64,000 nt of DNA from Patescibacteria group bacterium (GTDB lineage Bacteria > Patescibacteriota > Microgenomatia > UBA8517). Below the pieces are notes generated by a model that was given only the letters and a program-made list of their open reading frames with translations, had not been told where the DNA came from and did no database searches. A program made the position numbers and the translations under genes. The stretch covers positions 8,259-72,258 of the forward strand of contig DASSIE010000023.1 of NCBI GenBank assembly GCA_035692185.1, written 5' to 3'. Below are positions 27,759 through 37,831 of this stretch, one piece after another (within the stretch, counting starts at the first letter, position 1; each line of letters starts with the position of its first letter).

Positions 27759-29483
27759 ATGAATGACATAATCGCAAAAGGTAAAAAACTAATTAACTCG
27801 CAGCAAAACACTGTTCTTTCAGCTGCTTCTTTGATTATGGTTATGATTGTTGTGTCTCGGGTTTTGGGGCTTATTCGCCAAAGAGTTTTAGCCAATTATT
27901 TTGCTCCTACTGATTTGTCACTTTTCTTTGCCGCCTTTAGGCTTCCAGACACAATTTTTGAGGTTTTAGTTTTTGGTACTTTTTCGTCAGCTTTTATTCC
28001 GGTTTTTACAAAAGCCTTAAAAGATGGTGAGAAAAAGGCTTGGGAAATAGCAGGAAGGGTTGTAACCATTGGTCTTCTAATTTTTGGAGTTGCTGCAATT
28101 GTTTTTGCTATTTGGGCACCCCAAATTTATACTGTAATAGCCCCCGGCTATGGGGAGGCAGAAACAGTTCAAATTGCAAATTTAGCTAGAATATTATTTG
28201 CAGCCCAAGGATTTTTTGTAATAAGTTATGTTTTGACAGGAGTTTTAGAGTCCCTTCGTCGATTTTTAGTTCCAGCTTTAGCTCCTCTTTTTTACAATAT
28301 TGGAATAATTTTAGGTACAGTATTTTTAACCCCATATTTAGGGTTGCTGGCCCCAGCTATTGGTGTTGTAATTGGAGCACTTGCCCATTTTTTAATTCAA
28401 TATCCTCTTTCAAGGAAACTCGGATTTAGATTTATATGGAGTGCAAAACCCGATGCAGGTGTTAAACAAATTGGATCACTTGCCCTGCCCCGTGTTGTTG
28501 ATTTAGCATTCGATCAGGTAGGTAAAACCACAGAACTTTTCCTTTCTTCATTAATTTCTCAGGCTTCCTATACCTATTATATTTTTGCAAACACTTTACA
28601 ACTTCTTCCAGTTACCCTTTTTGGAACCTCGCTAGCTAAGGCAGTTCTGCCTATGTTGTCTCGCGTCGATGGAGACCAAAAAGAATACAGAAGAATATTG
28701 TTAACCGCTATTTACCAAGCAATATTTTTTACTCTTCCACTTGCGGCAGTTTTAATAGTTTTAAGGATACCAATTGTCCGTTTAGTTTACGGAACTAAAA
28801 TCTTTGATTGGGAAGCAACAGTCCAAACAGGTATGGTTTTATCGGTTTATGCACTTGGAATTGTCTCCCAAACTTTAATGTCAATTTTAGCCAGAGCTTT
28901 TTTTGCACTGCACGACACCAAAACCCCAGTAAAAGTCTCTTTTTTGGGATTAGGATTGTTAATTATTGGGGATTTTATATTAGTTAAAGGTTTAGGGTTT
29001 CCTGTCTGGGCATTAGCTGCGTCCTTCGCATTTAGCACAGTTGTCGAGGCTATAATTCTTCTAATCTTGATTAATAAAAAGGTCGGGGGAATTTTAAATT
29101 TCAAGTTTATTGCTCATATGCTAAAAGTTTTAACTGCAACACTTATATCTGGAACATCGATGTATTTTTTGATTAAGTTTTTTGACAGAAGTGTTTGGGT
29201 TAAACAACTTTCATTCTTAAGCAACGTAGATTCCCTAAGTTACATTCCATTCCAAAGGTTTGTTTTGGACACCCGCTATACGGGAAACTTGTTAATTTTA
29301 ACAATAATGACTTTTATTATTGGAATAGTGATTTATATTTGTTTTACCCTTCTTTTTAAAGTGGAAGAATCCAGATATTTCCTGGAGGTAATTAGGAAAG
29401 CAATTGTAGATAAAACCTTGCCACAATTGCCAAAAGAACAAGAGCCGGTAAGCCCAACCACAACAGATACTCATGAACAGTAA
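27759..29483 (+). CDS. murJ: Lipid II flippase MurJ/MviN
   Basis: 574 aa with 14 TM. The N-terminus LSAASLIMVMIVVSRVLGLIRQRVLANYFAPTDLSLFFAAFRLPD is the MurJ signature. Confidence 0.8.
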   Translation: MNDIIAKGKKLINSQQNTVLSAASLIMVMIVVSRVLGLIRQRVLANYFAPTDLSLFFAAFRLPDTIFEVLVFGTFSSAFIPVFTKALKDGEKKAWEIAGRVVTIGLLIFGVAAIVFAIWAPQIYTVIAPGYGEAETVQIANLARILFAAQGFFVISYVLTGVLESLRRFLVPALAPLFYNIGIILGTVFLTPYLGLLAPAIGVVIGALAHFLIQYPLSRKLGFRFIWSAKPDAGVKQIGSLALPRVVDLAFDQVGKTTELFLSSLISQASYTYYIFANTLQLLPVTLFGTSLAKAVLPMLSRVDGDQKEYRRILLTAIYQAIFFTLPLAAVLIVLRIPIVRLVYGTKIFDWEATVQTGMVLSVYALGIVSQTLMSILARAFFALHDTKTPVKVSFLGLGLLIIGDFILVKGLGFPVWALAASFAFSTVVEAIILLILINKKVGGILNFKFIAHMLKVLTATLISGTSMYFLIKFFDRSVWVKQLSFLSNVDSLSYIPFQRFVLDTRYTGNLLILTIMTFIIGIVIYICFTLLFKVEESRYFLEVIRKAIVDKTLPQLPKEQEPVSPTTTDTHEQ

Positions 29484-29519
29484 ATCCAATTTGCAAAATC
29501 TATCCTATAGGCATATAAT

Positions 29520-29864
29520 ATGCTCATGGACGGACAGTTTAAAACTTTACAAAAAGTAATTGAGACAATTGTATCAACAGGGCCTATATTTACTTCAGTA
29601 GACCTTCTAGCTAACTTAGAAGGTGTACAGAAGACTGAAGTTGATGTGGCGCTAAATTCTTTGGTCCATGAAGGTATCCTTCAAAAAGACCAAAGTTTTG
29701 GTAAAAGCACTGTATATATAAGATCTAAAATCGGAGATGAACAAGATTACTTTTTGGTCATGTCCGCTAGATATTTAGTAGAGATGGAAAAGGCCGATGA
29801 GAATAGCATTAAAAATGAAGCTATTGAAATGGCAATGAGAAAGTACAACAATAAAGAGAGTTAA
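29520..29864 (+). CDS. Hypothetical protein (winged-helix-like)
   Basis: 114 aa ORF. A TATAAT hexamer at 29514-29519 sits directly against the ATG, so a leaderless transcript from the second ATG at 29526 is possible. Confidence 0.3.
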   Translation: MLMDGQFKTLQKVIETIVSTGPIFTSVDLLANLEGVQKTEVDVALNSLVHEGILQKDQSFGKSTVYIRSKIGDEQDYFLVMSARYLVEMEKADENSIKNEAIEMAMRKYNNKES

Positions 29865-29884
29865 ATTCAGTTCTTCACAACCCC

Positions 29885-29914
29885 TTGACATCTCCTTAGC
29901 ACTCATTGTAGTAT
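29885..29914 (+). promoter_or_regulatory. Sigma70-like promoter for hrcA-grpE-dnaK
   Basis: TTGACA at 29885-29890, an 18 nt spacer, then TAGTAT at 29909-29914. The -10 overlaps the CIRCE element. Confidence 0.4.
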
Positions 29915-29922
29915 ACTGCTAA
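29896..29922 (+). promoter_or_regulatory. CIRCE-like HrcA operator (inverted repeat)
   Basis: TTAGCACTC-attgtagta-TACTGCTAA compared with the consensus TTAGCACTC-N9-GAGTGCTAA: the left arm is perfect and the right arm matches 7/9. It sits directly upstream of hrcA. Confidence 0.55.
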
Positions 29923-29947
29923 TCACAGCAGTGTGAACATTACTGAT

Positions 29948-30703
29948 ATGACAGACGCACTTACATCCCGCCAGACTCAAATTTTAAAAACCATAATCGA
30001 TGAATACATCGAGACCGCCGAAGCGGTCGGCTCCGAAGCATTGGATAAAAAATATAACTTGGGAGTCTCCCCAGCTACAATTAGAAACGAAATGGTAGCA
30101 CTAACTAAGTCCGGTTATTTAAGACAACCCCACACCTCGTCTGGCCGTATTCCCTCCCCCCATGCAATGAAGTTCTACATTAATCAATTGATGGAAGAAA
30201 AACAAATGAGTTTGGTTGACGAAGTTAAAGCCAAAGAACAAGTTTGGGACTTTAGAAACGATATAGATGAATTAATGGAAGAAGCAACTCGCGCTTTGGC
30301 TTTTAAAACAAAATCCTTAGCAGTGGCTGCTTTAAAAGATCCAATGGCACCAAGTGGTAAAAAAGACAGATTTTGGCAAGCAGGACATTCTTATGTTTTT
30401 GCCAATCCAGAATTTGGCGAGGTCCAAGCTTGCGCTGATTTGTTCTCAATTTTTAATGAACTTGATAAACTGGACAGACTTTTTTTTGGAACTTCCCAAA
30501 CTCCATCTTCACTCGACGTTTTATTTGGCGAGGAATTAAATTGGCCAGAACTTGCCCCAACTGGCATTGTTTCTACACATTTTAATTTAAGGGGAAAGTC
30601 GGGAGCGTTGTGTGTAATTGGTCCAGCAAGGGTTGATTACGAAACTGTAATCCCAATCCTCAGGTATTTTGGTAATATGATTGAAGAAGTTGCAAATCAA
30701 TGA
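29948..30703 (+). CDS. hrcA: Heat-inducible transcription repressor HrcA
   Basis: MTDALTSRQTQILKTIIDEYIETAEAVGSEAL... The track start is GTG at 29933; an ATG lies at 29948. Confidence 0.8.
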   Translation: MTDALTSRQTQILKTIIDEYIETAEAVGSEALDKKYNLGVSPATIRNEMVALTKSGYLRQPHTSSGRIPSPHAMKFYINQLMEEKQMSLVDEVKAKEQVWDFRNDIDELMEEATRALAFKTKSLAVAALKDPMAPSGKKDRFWQAGHSYVFANPEFGEVQACADLFSIFNELDKLDRLFFGTSQTPSSLDVLFGEELNWPELAPTGIVSTHFNLRGKSGALCVIGPARVDYETVIPILRYFGNMIEEVANQ

Positions 30704-31170
30704 AAAAAATTAAGAAGGAAGAATTAATAATTAAGAATGAGGAAGCAGAGGCTATCAAGAATCAGTTAGCAAGGACGTTGGCGGATTATGACAACTTAGT
30801 TAAAAGAGTTGAAAGAGAAAGAGACGAAGTTAAAAAAGTTCTTTCACTGCGACTCATTCTTAAATTATTATCAGTCCTAGATGGACTTGAGAATGCCCAA
30901 GAGCATTTGAAAGATCAAGGCTTAGCAATTACTATAATTGAGTTTAAGAAAGTTTTAAATGAAGAGGGTTTAACTGAAATTAAGTCTAGTGTTGGAAATG
31001 AGTTTGATGAAAATACAATGGAAGCAGTTGAAGTTGTACCCGGCAAGAGCGATAATACAGTAGCTAGCACAGCATTAGTTGGTTATAAATTTAGCGATGG
31101 GACAGTAGTAAGACACGCGAGGGTTGTGGTAACCAAATCCGAAGCACGAAATACGAAATCCGAAGTTTGA
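30700..31170 (+). CDS. grpE: Nucleotide exchange factor GrpE
   Basis: LADYDNLVKRVERERDEV... and C-terminal beta domain. ATGA overlap with the hrcA stop. Confidence 0.85.
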   Translation: MKKIKKEELIIKNEEAEAIKNQLARTLADYDNLVKRVERERDEVKKVLSLRLILKLLSVLDGLENAQEHLKDQGLAITIIEFKKVLNEEGLTEIKSSVGNEFDENTMEAVEVVPGKSDNTVASTALVGYKFSDGTVVRHARVVVTKSEARNTKSEV

Positions 31171-31249
31171 AACAAGTTTTGAATTTTTGAAAATTTAGAT
31201 TTAAGATTTGTTTCGAGTTTCGATGTTAGCGATTCGAATTTAGACATAT
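31130..31249 (+). repeat. Intergenic repeat, copy 2 (overlaps the grpE 3' end, upstream of dnaK)
   Basis: CGAAATACGAAATCCGAAG...TTGAATTTTTG...GATTTGTTTCGAGTTTCG...GATTCGAATTTAGAC. Confidence 0.4.
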
Positions 31250-33154
31250 ATGGGAAAAATAATCGGTATTGATTTAGGAACAACAAATTCATGCCTTTCT
31301 GTAATGGAGGCAGGACGTCCTGTGATAATTTCGGCCAGTGACACTGGACGAAATACCACCCCTTCTGTTGTGGAGCCAGTTAAAAATTTAGTTGGTGACG
31401 TTGCAAAACGCCAGATGATTTTAAACTCCAAAAATACAATTTATTCTGCAAAACGTTTGATGGGCAGAAGATTTGACGATAAAGAAGTCAAAAGAACAAT
31501 CGAGATGGTTCCTTACAAAATAGTTTCAGGTAAAAGCGGAATGGCAGACATTGAAGTAGAGGGCAAAGTTTATACTCCACAAGAAATTGGAGCCAGAGTC
31601 CTCATGAAACTCAAAGCTGACGCTGAAAAGTATTTAGGTGAAAAAGTTACCCAAGCTGTTATCACAGTTCCTGCTTACTTTGACGATGCACAACGCCAAG
31701 CTACAAAACAAGCGGGGGAGATTGCAGGCCTTACTGTTGAAAGAATAATTAACGAGCCAACTGCCGCCGCCCTAGCTTATGGAATGGATAAGAAAAACGC
31801 GCACAAAATTGTGGTTTACGATTTAGGAGGCGGAACATTTGACGTTTCAGTACTTGAGCTAGGCGAGGGGGTTTTTGAAGTTAAAGCAACTAACGGCGAT
31901 ACTCACTTAGGAGGCGACGACTTTGACGCAGTAATTGTTGACCATATAGTTTCTGAATTTAAGAAAGAAAACGCAGTTGACCTAAAAGCTGACTCGCAGG
32001 CTTATCAAAGAGTAAGAGACGCTGCAGAAAAAGCAAAAATCGAACTCTCGGCTGCAAATGAGGTTGAAATTAATCAGCCATACATTACCCAGAAAGATGG
32101 CCAGCCAATGCATTTGACCATGAAATTAACCCGCGCAAAGCTAGAAAGCTTGGTGGATGAATTAATTCAAAAAACAATTAAGCCAGTTGAAGCTTGTCTT
32201 AAAGATGCCAAACTTGATGCGCACGACATTGACGAAGTAATTATGGTTGGTGGAATGACTAGAATGCCGAAAGTAGTTGAAGTAGTTAAGAATTTCTTCG
32301 GTAAAGATGCGAACCAATCAGTTAACCCAGACGAAGTTGTTGCAATTGGAGCAGCTATCCAGGGTGGAGTTTTAGGGGGCGAAGTAAAAGATATTTTGCT
32401 TTTGGACGTTACCCCATTAACTTTAGCCATTGAAACCATGGGCAACATTGCTACACCTATGATTCCAAGAAATACAACAGTTCCAACAAGTAAAACCGAA
32501 GTTTTCTCAACTGCGGCTGACAATCAAACTCAAGTTGAAATTAATGTTACCCAAGGTGAGCGTCCAATGTCAGCAGATAACAAATCATTAGGTAGGTTTA
32601 CTTTGGACGGTATTCCACCAGCCCCAAGAGGAGTTCCACAAGTTGAAGTTACTTTTGATATGGACGCTAGTGGAATTCTTACGGTCACAGCCAAGGATAA
32701 AGCAACCAATAAAACCACAAATATTAAGATTACTGGTGCGGTAGGCCTAAGTGATGAGGAAGTAAAAAGAATGCAGGAAGAAGCCGAAAAGCACAAAGAT
32801 GAGGATGAAAAGAAAGCTGAAACTATTAAGGCTAAGAATAATGCAGACGCATTGGTCGCAACCGCCGAAAAATCCTTAAAAGATGCAGGCGACAAAGCTC
32901 CAGCTGATATAAAAGAAAAAGTTGAAGAAAAAATTAAAGCTGTAAAAGAAGTATCAGGAAAAGAAGGTGCAACAAAAGAAGAAATTGAAACTGCAACAAA
33001 TGAATTGTCAGAAGTTTTAAGTTCAGTTGGACAAGCGATGTACGCTGATAAATCTCAAAATCCAAATGACAAATCTCAAACTGAAGAAGCCAAATCTGAA
33101 GAAAAATCTGACAAAAAGGATGAGAAGGTTGAAGAAGGACAAGTAGTTGAATAA
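31250..33154 (+). CDS. dnaK: Molecular chaperone DnaK (Hsp70)
   Basis: [34 protein letters not shown] and the C-terminal lid are all present. Confidence 0.95.
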   Translation: MGKIIGIDLGTTNSCLSVMEAGRPVIISASDTGRNTTPSVVEPVKNLVGDVAKRQMILNSKNTIYSAKRLMGRRFDDKEVKRTIEMVPYKIVSGKSGMADIEVEGKVYTPQEIGARVLMKLKADAEKYLGEKVTQAVITVPAYFDDAQRQATKQAGEIAGLTVERIINEPTAAALAYGMDKKNAHKIVVYDLGGGTFDVSVLELGEGVFEVKATNGDTHLGGDDFDAVIVDHIVSEFKKENAVDLKADSQAYQRVRDAAEKAKIELSAANEVEINQPYITQKDGQPMHLTMKLTRAKLESLVDELIQKTIKPVEACLKDAKLDAHDIDEVIMVGGMTRMPKVVEVVKNFFGKDANQSVNPDEVVAIGAAIQGGVLGGEVKDILLLDVTPLTLAIETMGNIATPMIPRNTTVPTSKTEVFSTAADNQTQVEINVTQGERPMSADNKSLGRFTLDGIPPAPRGVPQVEVTFDMDASGILTVTAKDKATNKTTNIKITGAVGLSDEEVKRMQEEAEKHKDEDEKKAETIKAKNNADALVATAEKSLKDAGDKAPADIKEKVEEKIKAVKEVSGKEGATKEEIETATNELSEVLSSVGQAMYADKSQNPNDKSQTEEAKSEEKSDKKDEKVEEGQVVE

Positions 33155-33507
33155 TGGAAACAAAAGACATAGGAATTAATTTTGGTGAAGATATCATGGG
33201 GGTTAGAGAAGCTTTTTATTCTTCTGATAAAGGAACACATCTAACCGTTAGACCACATACCGTAATGCAAGATGACGGTACCTTTAAGGATCATGGATTG
33301 GAAGTTGAATTCTGGGGAGACAAACAAGGTAAAAGAGATCCAGATAACCTTCTTGCATCCAATGTTATTCCGGGAACCGGGGAAGATTTGGAAGAAGTAG
33401 CTGACACTTACGCTAGAAGGCTTGATCGCGGAGTAGCTCCAGAACACATGTTCGATGACATTATTGAAAATAATCGTAAAGCTGATGAGGATAAAGTTGT
33501 TCAATAA
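33154..33507 (+). CDS. Acidic hypothetical protein translationally coupled to dnaK
   Basis: 117 aa ORF. Its ATG overlaps the dnaK TAA (taATGg). No known motif. Confidence 0.35.
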   Translation: METKDIGINFGEDIMGVREAFYSSDKGTHLTVRPHTVMQDDGTFKDHGLEVEFWGDKQGKRDPDNLLASNVIPGTGEDLEEVADTYARRLDRGVAPEHMFDDIIENNRKADEDKVVQ

Positions 33508-33600
33508 ATCTATCCAGTCTCTAATCTGATACATCCGTAACACATTTGATTTCTGTATTTCCTCTTGACAGACAGTTTATGTCGGATATATACTTCAGAA

Positions 33601-34146
33601 ATGAATAGTATAGGGACATTGAATGAGTTTGTAGATATGGCGCTTCGCAATCGAAAATATGCGTCAAATTCTGCGTATGGCTATAAAGCTGCATTAAAAA
33701 TATTTGATGAAGAGTTAAGCGACGAAGAAAGAAACTCATTGGACCTGTTCAAGGAGCGCTTTGATCAGATATTCTCCACAATAGTTAATAAAAAGTCCAA
33801 GGTTTTCAGCATCTCATCTTTACAGACATATAAATTTAGAGTTTTGAAGGTGTTATCAGATTACGAGAAATATGGAAAAGATCCTTCTAAGATGTCGAGT
33901 TGGTCTCCAAATGTCAGGAAAATCAATCCATCTAAGATAAAGATAGAACGTGATAATGAATCAAAACAATTAGAGGCTGAATCAGAAACAATCTCAGAAG
34001 TTGGTTATAGTAGACATGAATATTCGTTACGTCCTTCGAAAAAATTAATTATTTCCTACCCTTCAGATTTTACCTTGGAAGAGGCAAATTCTGTTAAATC
34101 ATTTGCAGAGTATCTTATTTCAATGAAGAGTGAGAACAAATCTTGA
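33601..34146 (+). CDS. Hypothetical protein
   Basis: The track starts at TTG 33565. That TTGACA (33565-33570) fits better as a -35 box, followed by a TATATA-like -10 about 17 nt later. The first ATG is at 33601. Confidence 0.3.
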   Translation: MNSIGTLNEFVDMALRNRKYASNSAYGYKAALKIFDEELSDEERNSLDLFKERFDQIFSTIVNKKSKVFSISSLQTYKFRVLKVLSDYEKYGKDPSKMSSWSPNVRKINPSKIKIERDNESKQLEAESETISEVGYSRHEYSLRPSKKLIISYPSDFTLEEANSVKSFAEYLISMKSENKS

Positions 34147-34161
34147 GTTAAGTACTCATAA

Positions 34162-34240
34162 GCTGGCAGGAGTTCTCTTGTTAAACCACAACTGCATTTG
34201 TACGTAAGTCTGGTATCTAGATTAACAAATTCCTGCCAGC
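34162..34240 (+). promoter_or_regulatory. Long imperfect hairpin upstream of the dnaJ-like gene (terminator or thermosensor-like structure)
   Basis: GCTGGCAGGA (34162-34171) pairs perfectly with TCCTGCCAGC (34231-34240). Inner arms TTGTTAA (34178-34184) and TTAACAA (34222-34228). A TATAAT follows at 34250-34255. Confidence 0.3.
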
Positions 34241-34269
34241 CATTTATTCTATAATGGTATTATACCTTC

Positions 34270-35139
34270 ATGGCTACAAAAACTGATTATTATGACATTC
34301 TAGGAGTTTCCAAATCTGCTTCTGCTGATGATATTAAAAAAGCATACAGAAAGCAGGCTTTAGAGTGGCATCCTGATCGCCATAAAGATAATAAAGAAGC
34401 TGCTGAAAAACGTTTTAAAGAAATAAACGAAGCCTATCAAGTTCTATCTAACCCTCAAAAGAAAAGTTCATATGATCAGTTTGGTAGTGCAGGACCTCAA
34501 GGTTTCCCGGGTGGAGGAAATCCATTTGCAGGAGGTGGAAGTCCGTTTACATATACTTATTCAACAGGTGGAGGAAATCCATTCGGAAATGCAGACTTTG
34601 GCGACCCATTTGATATTTTTGAAAGTTTCTTTGGTTCCTCCTTCGCACAAGGCTTCGGAGGACAAGGGCGTCAGAGACAAATGCCTAGATATTCATTGGA
34701 CATTGATTTTATGGATGCAGTAAAAGGAGTAAGTAAAGAAGTTAGCATTGATGGCAAAAAAAGAAAAATAAAAATCCCAGCAGGGATTCATGAGGGTGCA
34801 CGCATAAATTTTGGAGACTTTACACTTTCAGTAAATATTAAACCCAGTAAAATTTTTGAGCGGGAAGACGATGATGTTTATGTAACAGTCGGCATCCCTT
34901 TTAGTTTGGCTATTTTAGGTGGGGAAATTAAAGTTCCAACAATAGACGGAGAAATTAAAATTAGAGTTAGACCAGGCACACAAAGTGGCACTATGATGAG
35001 GCTAAAAGAACAAGGTGCTCCGCATTTGCAAGGTCGTGGCCGGGGTGATGAATATATTAAAATCACAATTGCAACTCCAGAAAAGTTAACACGAACTCAG
35101 AAAAGTTTGGTTGATGAAATGAAAGAAGAAGGTCTCTAA
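34270..35139 (+). CDS. J-domain co-chaperone, CbpA/DnaJ class II (J domain + G/F region + C-terminal domains, no zinc finger)
   Basis: [33 protein letters not shown] (J domain with HPD), a G/F-rich linker, and no CxxCxGxG repeats. Confidence 0.7.
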   Translation: MATKTDYYDILGVSKSASADDIKKAYRKQALEWHPDRHKDNKEAAEKRFKEINEAYQVLSNPQKKSSYDQFGSAGPQGFPGGGNPFAGGGSPFTYTYSTGGGNPFGNADFGDPFDIFESFFGSSFAQGFGGQGRQRQMPRYSLDIDFMDAVKGVSKEVSIDGKKRKIKIPAGIHEGARINFGDFTLSVNIKPSKIFEREDDDVYVTVGIPFSLAILGGEIKVPTIDGEIKIRVRPGTQSGTMMRLKEQGAPHLQGRGRGDEYIKITIATPEKLTRTQKSLVDEMKEEGL

Positions 35140-35195
35140 ATTCCGGTTTACCTTGCCGAAAAGCTTCAAATAGGTTAGAATAGGCTTCAATTACT

Positions 35196-36389
35196 ATGCA
35201 ACAAACAGCAAGAACCGAATTTAGTCAGGCATTAAAAGCAATCGCACAAGAGCGAGGGCTTGATCCTGATGTTATTATCGACACCATTAAACAGGCAATT
35301 ATTGCTGCTTTTAAACGTGACGCAAAAGAGAATGGAATTGAGGTCGAACTTAATGATTACGAGGCTGTGATTGATCCAGTTTCGGGTGAGACTAGAGTTT
35401 TTGGGTGGGCGCTTCCAGCGGAAGACGCAACTGACGAGGAAAAGGCTCTTGCTAAGAAAACCAAAAAAGACGTTACCCCACCAGGATTTGGCCGCATTGC
35501 CGCCCAAACTGCAAAACAGGTTATTCACCAAAAAATAAGAGAAGCAGAAAAGGGAGCTATTATGGAAGAATTTGAAGCCAAAGTAGGTTCTTTAGCTTCC
35601 GGACTTATTTTACGCTTTGATGGCCCAAATGTTAGGGTAGACCTAGGTAGAACTGAAGCTTTTATGTTGGCTGAAGATAGAATTCCAAACGAGAGACTAG
35701 ACTTAAACCAAAGACTAATATTCCTCGTTAAATCAATTACAGATACTCCAAGAGGCAAAGAAATTTTGCTTTCTAGGTCTGATCCTGATTTTGTAGCAAA
35801 ATTATTTGCAAGAGAAGTTCCAGAGGTTTCTTCCAAATCTGTTGAAATTAAAGCAATTGCAAGGGAAGCCGGAGTAAGAACAAAAGTAGCCGTACATTCC
35901 AGCCAGTCCGGCGTTGACCCAGTTGGAAGCTGTGTTGGGCAAAAAGGAGTCAGAGTTCAAGCGGTTACTAATGAAATTGGTGGTGAGAGAGTTGACGTTA
36001 TTGCTTGGAGCGATGACACTGCAGAGCTAATTAAATCGTCCCTCTCCCCAGCTGACAATCTAACTGTAAAACTAGATAAAACTGCCAAAATTGCAAAGGT
36101 AAGTGCCCCTGAGGATCAACTTTCAATGGCAATTGGTAAAGATGGCCAAAATGTACGTTTAACTGCAAAGTTAACTGGTTACAGAATAGAAGTAGAAGGA
36201 ACAGGTGAATATTCACCAGAGCCAGAACCTGAGGTTGCAGTCGTTGAGAAGCCAAAAGTAAAGGAAATCACAAAAACAAAAGCCAAAAAATTAGCCAAAA
36301 AGGCTAAGAAAGTTGAGAAAAAGGAAGAATCCAACGTCCCTGAAGCTATCGTGGACAAGCATGAATTTCCAAAAGTAAAGTCTGAATAA
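35196..36389 (+). CDS. nusA: Transcription termination/antitermination factor NusA with Lys/Glu-rich C-terminal tail
   Basis: NusA N-terminal domain, S1 and two KH domains (GSCVGQKGVRVQAV, GKDGQNVRLTAKLTG), and a K/E-rich tail. Confidence 0.85.
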   Translation: MQQTARTEFSQALKAIAQERGLDPDVIIDTIKQAIIAAFKRDAKENGIEVELNDYEAVIDPVSGETRVFGWALPAEDATDEEKALAKKTKKDVTPPGFGRIAAQTAKQVIHQKIREAEKGAIMEEFEAKVGSLASGLILRFDGPNVRVDLGRTEAFMLAEDRIPNERLDLNQRLIFLVKSITDTPRGKEILLSRSDPDFVAKLFAREVPEVSSKSVEIKAIAREAGVRTKVAVHSSQSGVDPVGSCVGQKGVRVQAVTNEIGGERVDVIAWSDDTAELIKSSLSPADNLTVKLDKTAKIAKVSAPEDQLSMAIGKDGQNVRLTAKLTGYRIEVEGTGEYSPEPEPEVAVVEKPKVKEITKTKAKKLAKKAKKVEKKEESNVPEAIVDKHEFPKVKSE

Positions 36390-36436
36390 TATGTTAATTA
36401 ACAAATTGTTCAATCTTAAAATTTCACTCAAAATAA

Positions 36437-37831
36437 ATGATAAACAGACAACCAATTGTAGTAGTTTTAGGTCACGTAGACCACGGTAAGACCACGCTTC
36501 TTGATGCCTTAAGAAAGACCACTGTTGCAGATCGTGAAGCCGGTGGAATTACACAAGCAATTGGAGCTTCAGTTGTAGTAACCCCAAGCGGAAAACCAAT
36601 TACATTCATAGACACTCCCGGACATGCTGCTTTTACTAAAATGCGTGGACGTGGCGCAAAAGTAGCTGACATCGCTATTTTAGTTGTAGCTCAGGATGAC
36701 GGAGTTAAGCCACAAACCAAAGAAGCCTTACAGATTATTAAAGACACCAAAATCCCCTTTATTGTTGCAGGAACAAAAGCTGATGTTAACGGAGTTACTC
36801 CTGAGGTTGTTCTTGGGCAGTTGGAAAAAGAAGAAGTCTTTTTTGAAGGCCGTGGTGGACAAGTTCCATTTATCTCGGTTTCTGCAAAAAATAATATTGG
36901 TTTAACCGAACTTTTGGAAACATTAATTTTAATGTCGGAAGTTGCAGGTTTAAATGGGGACGAGAAAGCTGACTTGGAAGCTGTGGTAATTGAATCAGGG
37001 CAGGACAAAATGGGTAAAATGGCCACAGTTGTAGTTAGAAACGGCAGTATTAAAGTGGGGCAAACAATTTACACAGAAGAGGTTGAATGCAAGGTCCGTG
37101 CTTTAATTGATGACAAAGGAAAGCCAACCAAATTAATTAAACCAGGTGAGCCCGCTCGAGTTTTTGGATTTAATGAAGTTCCGCCGGTTGGGGCGTTTGT
37201 AACAAATAGTGCAGAAAAAGCAGCCGCAGTTTTGGTTAAACAAAAAGGAGTTTTTGATTTAAGACGCTTGGCTGACGATGAAATCCCAATTGTTTTAAAA
37301 GCCGACAACGCTGGTGCGCTGGAAGCTATAATTGCAGCCCTGCCACCAAAAATTATTGCAATATCTACTGGCGTTGGGGATGTTAATGGGTCGGACATTT
37401 TAGCCGCATCCTCATCTAAAGCTTATGTTTTTGTGTTTGAAAGCAAAATTCCAAACGATATAGCAAAACTTGCGGAAGCCGAAAAAGTAAAAGTTGCTAG
37501 ATTTACAATAATTTACGAACTTCTACAAAATTTAGATGAAATTCTTAAAAAAGGTTTAGTAGACATTAAAGGTCATGCTCAAATTTTGGCTAGTTTTCCA
37601 TTTAATAACAAAAAAGTAGCGGGAAGCAAAGTCATTGACGGTAAACTTACAAAAGGAGATAGTCTTTTACTCATGAGAGGCGAAAAAGAGGTGGGTAAAT
37701 CTCGTATTTCATCTATTAAAAAACAAAAACAAGAAGTCGGCGTTGTTGGTCAGGGTGAAGAGTGCGGAATAATTTTAGAACCTCAACTTGATTTTGAGAT
37801 AGGCGACGTGTTAGTATCGGTCTCTAAATGA
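36437..37831 (+). CDS. infB: Translation initiation factor IF-2 (short form lacking the N-terminal region)
   Basis: VVVLGHVDHGKTTLLDAL (G1), DTPGHAAF (G3), then the IF2 domains II-IV. Only 464 aa. Confidence 0.85.
   Translation: MINRQPIVVVLGHVDHGKTTLLDALRKTTVADREAGGITQAIGASVVVTPSGKPITFIDTPGHAAFTKMRGRGAKVADIAILVVAQDDGVKPQTKEALQIIKDTKIPFIVAGTKADVNGVTPEVVLGQLEKEEVFFEGRGGQVPFISVSAKNNIGLTELLETLILMSEVAGLNGDEKADLEAVVIESGQDKMGKMATVVVRNGSIKVGQTIYTEEVECKVRALIDDKGKPTKLIKPGEPARVFGFNEVPPVGAFVTNSAEKAAAVLVKQKGVFDLRRLADDEIPIVLKADNAGALEAIIAALPPKIIAISTGVGDVNGSDILAASSSKAYVFVFESKIPNDIAKLAEAEKVKVARFTIIYELLQNLDEILKKGLVDIKGHAQILASFPFNNKKVAGSKVIDGKLTKGDSLLLMRGEKEVGKSRISSIKKQKQEVGVVGQGEECGIILEPQLDFEIGDVLVSVSK

Noticed and set aside
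32167-33197. Several minus-strand ORFs (87-121 aa) antisense to dnaK
   Set aside because: They are shadow ORFs inside the highly conserved dnaK. The translations are low-complexity.
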